A DNA stretch of 64,000 nt from Synechococcus sp. UW140 (lineage in GTDB: Bacteria > Cyanobacteriota > Cyanobacteriia > PCC-6307 > Cyanobiaceae), in assembly GCA_943372025.1 (NCBI GenBank), contig CALRXC020000002.1, forward strand, positions 24,560 to 88,559. Direction: 5' to 3'. Shown piece by piece: positions 57,106 to 64,000 of the stretch. The notes below the pieces were generated by a model, which saw only the letters and a program-made list of their open reading frames with translations, was not told the DNA's origin and searched no databases. Made by a program: the position numbers and the translations under genes. Position 1 is the stretch's first letter. The number at the start of each line of letters is the position of its first letter.

Positions 57106-58629
57106 TCAGGCCTCAGCGAGCAGCCGGTTCACCTTCTCCTCGAGGTAACGGAGGAAGGGCTCGGCGCTGAGCGGTGCGCCGCTGACCCGCTCCACCAGCT
57201 GATCCCCGGTCACCGAGCGGCCCAGGGGCCAGACCTTCTCGTGCAACCAGCCCCGCAGCCTGGCTTCTTCACCGGATGCCACCAGGCTTTCAATAGGCCC
57301 CAACTGGGCCTCCATGGTCTCGGACACCTGGGCACTGATTAGATGGCCGAGGGCATAGGAGGGGAAGTAGCCGAACAGCCCCTGGGCCCAGTGGATGTCC
57401 TGGAGACAGCCCTCGCGATCATTCGGCGGTGTGAGTCCCAGCAAGTCCACCATGCGGCGATTCCACGCTGCCGGCAGCTCCAGCACCGGCAGTCCTTCCT
57501 CCAGCAGAGCCTGTTCCAACTCGAAGCGCAGCACGATGTGCAGGGTGTAGCTGAGTTCATCGGCCTCCACCCGGATCAGGCCCGGCTGCAGGGGGTTGAG
57601 ACCACGCCAGAACCCATGGGCGCCCCCCCAGGGATCAGCCCCGAGGGCCTGCACGAAGCGGGGTTGCCAGCAGGCCGCGAAGGCCTGCCCTCGCGCAACG
57701 CGACACTCCCAGAACAGGGACTGGCTCTCGTGCACCCCCATGGAGGTGGCCTCACCGAGAGGCCAGGGAAAATAGTGTTCGCCGCGGCGGGGCAGCCCCT
57801 GTTCATAGAGAGAGTGGCCCCATTCGTGGGCCGTGGCCAGGAAGGCGGAGAAGGGTTGCCCCTCCACCACGCGGGTGGTGATGCGGAAGTCGTCTGGGCC
57901 CACCGTGCAGGAAAAGGGGTGGGCCGAGCGGGAACGTTGACAGCGGGCCGGGTCATAGCCCCAGCTGTCCAGGAGTTGGCTGCAAAGGGCCTCCTGAACC
58001 GATTCCGGCAGCGCTACCTCCTCCAGGGGAGACGATACGGCGCCAATCACCCGATCGAGCAGAGCTGGAATGCGCTGCTGGAGAGGTTGAAACAGCTCCT
58101 GCAGACGGGCCTTGCTGATCTCCGGCTCGAAGGGCTGGGCCAGGGTCTCCCAGGGGCTGCGGGGAATCGGTTCGGCTGTGGCCAACTGGGAGGCCTGCTC
58201 CTGGCGCAGGGCGATCAGCTCCGCGAGGGCGGGGGCGAAAGAAGGGAAGTCGTTGCGGCGGCGAGCCTCCTGCCAGAGGGCATTCCCGCGCGACTGCGCC
58301 TTTGCCAGCTGGGCCACCAGGGTGGGATCCAGGCAGCGCTGACGTTCCAGCTCCAGCCGCAGCAGGGCCAGATTGCGGCGGTTCGCCTCGGAGGACTCCG
58401 GACCGATCTCCGCTCCCGCCGCCGCCAGCAGGTCGGTGTAAGCATCACTGCTCTGGCGCTGATGGAGCTGGGTGGCGAGAAGCGCGAGCTGTTCGCCGCG
58501 CCAGGCGGCCCCCGCGGCTGGCATCACGGTGTTCTGGTCGTAGTAGAGGGCACTGCTGATCGAACCCAATAGCCGGGTCTGGTGCAGATGGTCCCTCAGG
58601 CGCTGGTGGGCGGATCCGACCTCGGCCAT
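57106..58629 (-). CDS. Carboxypeptidase M32 (Taq-type)
   Basis: HPF, DFRITTR, AHEWGHSLYEQG (HEXXH), HESQSLFWE, IRVEADE and QDIHW..G.FGYFPSY. Confidence 0.96.
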   Translation of the reverse strand: MAEVGSAHQRLRDHLHQTRLLGSISSALYYDQNTVMPAAGAAWRGEQLALLATQLHQRQSSDAYTDLLAAAGAEIGPESSEANRRNLALLRLELERQRCLDPTLVAQLAKAQSRGNALWQEARRRNDFPSFAPALAELIALRQEQASQLATAEPIPRSPWETLAQPFEPEISKARLQELFQPLQQRIPALLDRVIGAVSSPLEEVALPESVQEALCSQLLDSWGYDPARCQRSRSAHPFSCTVGPDDFRITTRVVEGQPFSAFLATAHEWGHSLYEQGLPRRGEHYFPWPLGEATSMGVHESQSLFWECRVARGQAFAACWQPRFVQALGADPWGGAHGFWRGLNPLQPGLIRVEADELSYTLHIVLRFELEQALLEEGLPVLELPAAWNRRMVDLLGLTPPNDREGCLQDIHWAQGLFGYFPSYALGHLISAQVSETMEAQLGPIESLVASGEEARLRGWLHEKVWPLGRSVTGDQLVERVSGAPLSAEPFLRYLEEKVNRLLAEA

Positions 58630-58807
58630 GGGACACAACGGCAGCGAACACCAGCTTGCCGCCACAGCTCGACCGCTCGCGGGGGGATTGGCAGAAGCGG
58701 CGAGGGTCGGGTGATGGATGCGGACCGGGGCAAGGTCAATCCCTCCATCGCGGCGCGATTCGGCATCCAGAGCCAGGCTGGAGAGAGGCCCTTTGCGGGA
58801 TAGCGCC

Positions 58808-59401
58808 ATGCCACAACGCCGCTCCCGTCGCGTGGCCGCTCCTAGGGCCCTCAGCTGGCGCCGATGCAGCCAACGCCCCACGGGCCGAAGGGCTGGGGTG
58901 ACCCTGTCCGTTGGCCTGATCCTGGCGCTGAGCGGTCTGCTGGGAGGAGCCAAGCCAGCCAAAGCCGCCAACCTGGACGACATCCGCCAGCTCGAGGATC
59001 TGATCAACGCCGCCGGCGCGGTGACTCTGGTGTCCGACCAGTGCCCCGCCAGCCATGCCGGCTACTACGAACGGGACAATGCCGGCCGCCATCGGCTGGT
59101 GGTTTGCCGCAACGTGGTGAACCTGGCGGATGTGGAGGCGGTGTGGGAGGTGATAGCGCATGAGTCCACCCACATCATGCAGGCCTGCACCGGCACGACC
59201 GCCATCGCCGATGAATCCATGCCCCGCACCTTCCGGGAACTGCGCACGATGGCGCCCCATTACGCCAAGTTGATCGACCTCGGCTACCCCAGCGGCGACC
59301 AGCGGCTGGAAGCGGAGGCCTTCTGGATGGAGCTCCAGGCACCGGCCACGGTGATCGGCCTGTTCCGCAGCCTCTGTGCCGGCGGTTTGCGGCGACCCTG
59401 A
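58808..59401 (+). CDS. Secreted hypothetical protein with HEXXH zincin-like motif
   Basis: Signal peptide ending AKA, then EVIAHESTHIMQAC and a later LEAEAF glutamate. Confidence 0.75.
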   Translation: MPQRRSRRVAAPRALSWRRCSQRPTGRRAGVTLSVGLILALSGLLGGAKPAKAANLDDIRQLEDLINAAGAVTLVSDQCPASHAGYYERDNAGRHRLVVCRNVVNLADVEAVWEVIAHESTHIMQACTGTTAIADESMPRTFRELRTMAPHYAKLIDLGYPSGDQRLEAEAFWMELQAPATVIGLFRSLCAGGLRRP

Positions 59402-59428
59402 ATCCCAAGCGCCATGCGCTGGCGAAGC

Positions 59429-59830
59429 TCACTGCCAGTGCAGCACCATCGGCACGGCGCCCTCCAGGCTCTTTTTCACGGGGCAGCCCTCACCGGCGCG
59501 TTTCAAGAGCTCCCGCTGGGAATCCTCCAGGCCGGCCGGCAAGGTGATCCACACCGTGAGCTGCTCGATGCGGCGCACCCCCGAGCTGGTCATGGTCTTC
59601 TCCACCCGGGCCTCACTGCCTTCAATGGCGAGGCCGTGGCGCTCGGCCGTGATGCCCATGATCGTGAGGATGCAGGTGGCCAGGGCGGTGGCCACCAGAT
59701 CCGTGGGCGAGAAGGCCTCACCGCGGCCCTGGTTGTCGAGCGGCGCATCGGTGAGCAGCTCGGCAGCGGAGGCGACGTGAACCGCCTGGCAGCGCAGCTG
59801 GCCTTCGTAGCGGCAGGTCATGGTGGTCAT
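59429..59830 (-). CDS. OsmC/YhfA-family protein
   Basis: TDAPLDNQGRGEAFSPTDL..ALATC...and CPV..SL (two conserved Cys). Confidence 0.92.
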   Translation of the reverse strand: MTTMTCRYEGQLRCQAVHVASAAELLTDAPLDNQGRGEAFSPTDLVATALATCILTIMGITAERHGLAIEGSEARVEKTMTSSGVRRIEQLTVWITLPAGLEDSQRELLKRAGEGCPVKKSLEGAVPMVLHWQ

Positions 59831-59941
59831 GGCGCCCATGGCGGGGGATCCCCATGGTGATCCGCCATCGCGGCGCGACAAGCTCCCGTGGGTGCGGAGA
59901 TGGCTGCCGCGGCCCCATCGCGGGTTTGGCGGCCGAAGCCC

Positions 59942-61531
59942 TCAGCCCCCCACAAGCTCCAGCTCCTGCAGCAGGCGGCGCTGGGCCCGGGCGGAGACGA
60001 AGCGATGGGATGCCTGGGCGCCGCTGATCGCCACCGGCGGCACCCCGATGCCAGGAAAGACCCCCGCGCCACACAGCACCAAACCCTCGATCGGGGTGGA
60101 ACCACCCGGAAAGGGCCCACGATCCGCCGGCCAGGCCGGGCCATAGCTGCCCTGATGCACTCGCAGCCAGTGGCGGTGGCTCAGGGGGGTGCCCTTAAGT
60201 TCCAGCACAACCCGCTCGCGCCAGTCAGGCAGCAGTTGCTCAAAGACGTGATGGAACACCGAACAACGCTCCCGCTTCAGCGCCTCGTAGGCGGGGGTGC
60301 CCCGCTCCAGATCCTTCCAGATCTGCCAGGGTTCATTGGCCGGGGTGTAGCCATGCAGCACCTGGTGTCCGGCCGGAGCCAGGGAGGGATCGAGGCGCGA
60401 CGGCATCGAGAGCACCACCATGTTGCGCTCGGCCCCGATACCCCGCTGCCAGTCGCCCACCCACACGGTGTGAACCGGCAGATCGGCGAGCTCCTCGCCG
60501 CCGCGCAGGCCCAGGTGCCAATGCAGGAAGCTGGCGCAGGCGGGCGTGGAGGCCTGGCGTGCGCGCCAGCGATCGGGCACCAGCTCCGGGGGCAGCAAAT
60601 CAAGGGTGTCCCAGGGGCTGGCGCTGCAGATCACGCCGCGACGGGCACGGAGGTTCGCGCCACCGGCTTCGGGGGTCAGCCGCACCCCCGCAGCCCGGCC
60701 ACCCTCCACCAGGATCCGCTCAACCGGTGCCTTGGTCCGCACCGTGCCGCCGTGGCGTTCGATGCCCCGCACCAGGGCCGCCGCGACCGCGGCGCTGCCG
60801 CCTAGGGGGTAATCGAGGCAGGCATCGGGTTCAAACCACTCGCCGAACAAGGTGGCCATCGCGGCGGCGCTGGTGTGGTCGATCTCCAGGCCGGAGATCA
60901 GGAAGCAGAGGAGCTCCACCCAGTGCAGCAGGAAGGGATCGCGCAGGTGGCGACGGGCCAGCGGGCCGAAGGCACCCCCCAGGGCCGCCAACTGGGGTGC
61001 CCGGCCCAGCAGTTCCAGGCCGGCGCCACCCCCCAGGGTGAGGATGCTGCCGAGGCCGGGCCGCAGGGCCAGAAGCGGCAGGGAGCGAGCGGCGCGGCAG
61101 AGGGGCTCGATCGCGATCAGGAAACCATGCCATTCGTCCGCCACGGCGGGTCCCCGCAGCTCCCGCAGCACCTCCAAGAAGGGATCCATCCCCACCCCCA
61201 CCCGCAGCCGACCCTCCGGCAGCAGCAGATCCCAGTGGTGGTAGGGCACCACCGGCACCGATTCCCCCACCGCCCGCAGCACCTGGGTGAGGGGATTGCT
61301 GGAGGGCCAGCGCCCCAGGCCACTCCACAGGGAGGGCCCTGACTCGAACTGAAAGCCGCGCCGGCTGAAGCCGTGGGCAGCACCGCCGGGAACGCTGTGG
61401 GCCTCAACCACCAGCACCACAAGGCCATGGCGGGCGGCGATGGCGGCGGCACAGAGGCCCCCAAGACCGGCACCGATCACGATCAGGTCGGGTTCGTCCG
61501 GACGACCGCCAGGAGTCGCTTCAGCGCTCAT
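59942..61531 (-). CDS. Phytoene desaturase/carotenoid isomerase-family FAD oxidoreductase
   Basis: IVIGAGLGGL, EAH..PGGAAH.F.R.GF.FESGPSL, YPLGG and GTPL...YGP...FPGIGVP.VA.SG. Confidence 0.9.
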   Translation of the reverse strand: MSAEATPGGRPDEPDLIVIGAGLGGLCAAAIAARHGLVVLVVEAHSVPGGAAHGFSRRGFQFESGPSLWSGLGRWPSSNPLTQVLRAVGESVPVVPYHHWDLLLPEGRLRVGVGMDPFLEVLRELRGPAVADEWHGFLIAIEPLCRAARSLPLLALRPGLGSILTLGGGAGLELLGRAPQLAALGGAFGPLARRHLRDPFLLHWVELLCFLISGLEIDHTSAAAMATLFGEWFEPDACLDYPLGGSAAVAAALVRGIERHGGTVRTKAPVERILVEGGRAAGVRLTPEAGGANLRARRGVICSASPWDTLDLLPPELVPDRWRARQASTPACASFLHWHLGLRGGEELADLPVHTVWVGDWQRGIGAERNMVVLSMPSRLDPSLAPAGHQVLHGYTPANEPWQIWKDLERGTPAYEALKRERCSVFHHVFEQLLPDWRERVVLELKGTPLSHRHWLRVHQGSYGPAWPADRGPFPGGSTPIEGLVLCGAGVFPGIGVPPVAISGAQASHRFVSARAQRRLLQELELVGG

Positions 61532-61561
61532 CGTGGCTCCCGGATCAGCCCCTGCCCAGCA

Positions 61562-61792
61562 TCAGGCTGAACCCTCACGGCTACCGAAGAGGGGGGCTCC
61601 AACAGGCATGGTGCAATCGAGCCGGATTGCCGGAGCGCTGCTGTACCGGTCACAACCCTCCGGCAGGGACGGCATCCTCAGTTCGCTCCAGATCGGCGGA
61701 ACCGGCCGGTGGCATGACCCCAACAGCAACCCGATCGCCGCCGGGAGGAGCACCCCCGCAACGCCCAGCGCGAATCGAGCAGAGCTGCTCAA
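61562..61792 (-). CDS. Putative small lipoprotein overlapping the DCC gene tail
   Basis: TTG start gives MSSSARFALGVAGVLLPAAIGLLLGSC (lipobox) plus two further Cys. Codons are GC3-rich. Confidence 0.5.
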   Translation of the reverse strand: MSSSARFALGVAGVLLPAAIGLLLGSCHRPVPPIWSELRMPSLPEGCDRYSSAPAIRLDCTMPVGAPLFGSREGSA

Positions 61793-62162
61793 GGCTGGGT
61801 CGGCCGGTGATCCGGAGCCGCACCGAGGCCCAGATGGCATACAGGGCGTTCACCAATGGCGCCAGTAGGGGCCAGCCGGTGGGGGCATACAGCCACCCCA
61901 AGCCGATCAGCTGATAGGCGCGACGGAAGACATCCACATCCTTCACCACTTCGCCGGTGGCTTCGAGGGCATGGATGCGGCCCATCGCCTCGCGATAGCT
62001 GATGCCGCCATGGGTCGCCGGTTCGTAGTCGCCGGCATCGATGTCCACGAAGGCGAGCCGAGGAGCACTCGGATGGAGACGCCGGTCACGCTGCTCAAGG
62101 AAGCGCACCTCCCGCACGCAGAGGGGGCAGCCGCCGTCGTAGAGGATCGTGAGCTGGTCCAT
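61650..62162 (-). CDS. DCC-family thiol-disulfide oxidoreductase
   Basis: ILYDGGCPLCVREV (DxxCxxC), AMGRIHA and LIGLGWLY. The last ~40 aa look non-conserved. Confidence 0.9.
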   Translation of the reverse strand: MDQLTILYDGGCPLCVREVRFLEQRDRRLHPSAPRLAFVDIDAGDYEPATHGGISYREAMGRIHALEATGEVVKDVDVFRRAYQLIGLGWLYAPTGWPLLAPLVNALYAIWASVRLRITGRPSLEQLCSIRAGRCGGAPPGGDRVAVGVMPPAGSADLERTEDAVPAGGL

Positions 62163-62411
62163 GGATCGACGTTAAGCAAACGAGCGGCCCCGCTGAGGGA
62201 CCCGAACCCTGCCACCAAACAGCTTCTGCAGTTCCTCCAACGGCACCGGCTCCTCCAGACCAGCCCTCGACAGGCCAACGGCATGCGGATCGAGCGGGAT
62301 CCCGGTATCCGCCCTGCCGTTTAGAGCTGCCATTCAGGCCTGTCATTCAGGGGTTGGCGGCGGCCAACCCTGCAACGGGTTGCCAGCCTTCACACAGGAT
62401 CCGTTCTTCCG

Positions 62412-62864
62412 ATGCTGCGCCAGAGCCTCCATGCCCTCAGCCTCCAGACCAGCGGTGAGGGCTTCACCGACCTCACCGGGGCCCTCAACCGGGAGATCAG
62501 CGCCAGCGGACTGAAGAACGGCTTGGCCACCCTCGCTTCGTTGCACACCAGCTGCAGCCTCACCGTCAACGAGAACGCCGATCCCCGCGTGCTGGAAGAT
62601 CTGGCCACCTTCCTGCGGGCCCTGGTGCCGGCGGAAGGGGTGAGGCCCCTGAGCGGCCGGGGTGAGCTGCGGCCCTGGCGGCACGACGACGAAGGCCCCG
62701 ACGACATGCCGGCCCACATCCGCACCGCCCTCACGGCCACCAGCCTGAGCCTGGGCTTTCAGGGTGGAGGTTTGCTGCTCGGTACCTGGCAGGCGGTGTA
62801 CCTCTGGGAGCATCGGGCCCGGCCCCACCGGCGCCAGCTCAGCCTGCATCTGATCGGCGAGTGA
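62412..62864 (+). CDS. yjbQ: YjbQ/UPF0047 family (secondary thiamine-phosphate synthase-like)
   Basis: HTSCSL..NENADP.V, EGPDDMPAHIR and LGTWQ..YLWEHR. Confidence 0.92.
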   Translation: MLRQSLHALSLQTSGEGFTDLTGALNREISASGLKNGLATLASLHTSCSLTVNENADPRVLEDLATFLRALVPAEGVRPLSGRGELRPWRHDDEGPDDMPAHIRTALTATSLSLGFQGGGLLLGTWQAVYLWEHRARPHRRQLSLHLIGE

Positions 62865-62934
62865 GGCGGGCGCCGAAACCTGCCCGGGCCTTGCTGGTAT
62901 CAGGCATGGTTGAGGACCAACCCAGCACTCCTCC

Positions 62935-63234
62935 ATGGCTGCCCAGCCCCTCAGCCCCGATGCGATCGCCCAGCTACCCCAGCAGCTCCCCGCCTGGACC
63001 CTGAAGGAGGGCAAACTCCACCGCGAGCTTCGCTTCATCGATTTCTCCGAGGCCTTCGGCTTCATGGCCCGGGTGGCCTTGGCCGCGGAACAGCTGAACC
63101 ACCACCCCGAATGGAGCAACGTCTGGAACCGGGTGGTGATCAACCTCACCACCCACGACTGTGGCGGCCTTTCCAGCCTCGATCTGACACTGGCCCAGCG
63201 GATCGATGCGCTGGCAGGCCAACTGGGGGCCTGA
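62935..63234 (+). CDS. phhB: Pterin-4-alpha-carbinolamine dehydratase
   Basis: [23 protein letters not shown] and [12 protein letters not shown]. Confidence 0.93.
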   Translation: MAAQPLSPDAIAQLPQQLPAWTLKEGKLHRELRFIDFSEAFGFMARVALAAEQLNHHPEWSNVWNRVVINLTTHDCGGLSSLDLTLAQRIDALAGQLGA

Positions 63235-63895
63235 AGGTATCCGATCGTTCCTTCCGCTCAGACCGGTTTCGCTCAGAATTGTCCCTTCAGGCCGCTCCCA
63301 TCGCGAAACAGCAGCCTCCCGGCGGAACTCCTGGCGACGCGCAAGGGAGGCGGGAGCGCAGCGTTCCCCACTTAGGTCAGCAGCTCCACAAAAATCAGGC
63401 ATGAATGCCTATGGCTTCACCCTGCGGATAGGGCAACAGTGATGGCATCGAACCGGAGGCACCAGCGATGGACGACACGCCACCCAATCAGGTTCCAGGA
63501 GTGCGCTGACCGCAGGCCCCTGCTCCAACAGTCTTGTTCCGAACTGAGGTTTCCAGGTCCCCAGCGGATCACCCGATGCACCGCCCCAGGTGCCCCCGGG
63601 TCACGGAAACCGATCCCATGGATGCCATGGCCCCAGGTGCCGCCTTCCGCAGCTCCGCCCCTAACCCATTGTTTCTGATCATCAAATGATCACCAAAAGC
63701 TGACGCTTCTTGATGGACGTCGCATGGTGCCGGCCTGGAACCTCGTGCCAAGTCGGCCCCATCACCCATCCCGGCCCGACGGGCCCTCGTCGCATCAGCC
63801 CTGACCAGCCCAAGAACCACCCGGATCACGACCCCCCCCATCCACGAACGCCAGCCAGCACGGCTGGCGGCCATCGGGAGGGCACGGTGCCGCTG

Positions 63896-63925
63896 AAGCC
63901 CGATCCAGCAAGGATCGGGCTTTTT
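63896..63925 (+). terminator. Rho-independent terminator
   Basis: AAGCCCGATCC-AGCAA-GGATCGGGCTT, an 11-bp stem running into TTTTT (63921-63925). Confidence 0.75.
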
Positions 63926-64000
63926 CATGGCGAAGTCCTGCCGTTCAATGCCGGCCCCGGGCCCGGGAACCACTACGGCGCGTGAACCGGCGCTGCGTGG

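Noticed and set aside
62935-63234. PCD-like Rubisco assembly factor (acRAF/Raf2)
   Set aside because: The catalytic HHP and TH motifs are intact and no carboxysome genes are nearby, so it is an ordinary dehydratase.
63569-63985. ORFs 63569-63973 (-), 63710-63985 (+) and 63439-63678 (+) as genes
   Set aside because: No recognisable domain and weak codon bias, and the first two run through the terminator hairpin. They cannot be fully excluded.
1-64000. CRISPR arrays, tRNA/rRNA genes, IS elements
   Set aside because: No regularly spaced repeats, cloverleaf or T-loop signatures, rRNA motifs or transposase ORFs were seen on manual reading. A tRNAscan/Infernal run would be the definitive check.
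1-64000. HIP1 (GCGATCGC) and GATC-centred palindrome enrichment
   Set aside because: Several copies were seen (e.g. near 2448, 3985, 11140, 35697, 62963), but I could not count them against a null model, and the phenomenon is already known in cyanobacteria.

Overview
High-GC (roughly 65-70% by eye, not computed) core chromosomal segment of a picocyanobacterium, most like Cyanobium or Synechococcus. It follows the gene order I recall as conserved in this group: aar-ado, S1 protein, Tab2-like, pgeF, ilvB, hemH, integrase, cobO, pyrH-frr, tal, ftsI, lepB, ppa, proS-psb27-purA, cobK, argB, priA, rpoD, hemC, ppa, M32 carboxypeptidase. Likely accessory inserts include an AT-richer GT2-GtrA/ArnT-like/PAP2 cassette after rpoD, ppsA, a ClC transporter and an L,D-transpeptidase. 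I found no tRNA, rRNA, CRISPR array, IS element or prophage. The strongest leads are: (1) a 512-aa membrane protein with voltage-sensor-like S1-S4 segments but no pore; (2) a ClC with GPGLP in place of GSGIP, the proline variant linked to nitrate preference; (3) a cargo-less tyrosine recombinase with a 7-8-7 inverted repeat upstream; (4) a gene-free structured region at about 63.2-63.9 kb ending in an intrinsic terminator; (5) an FtsL-like gene coupled to ftsI; (6) a zinc-ribbon tail on IlvB. All functional calls come from motif recognition by eye, with no database searches.
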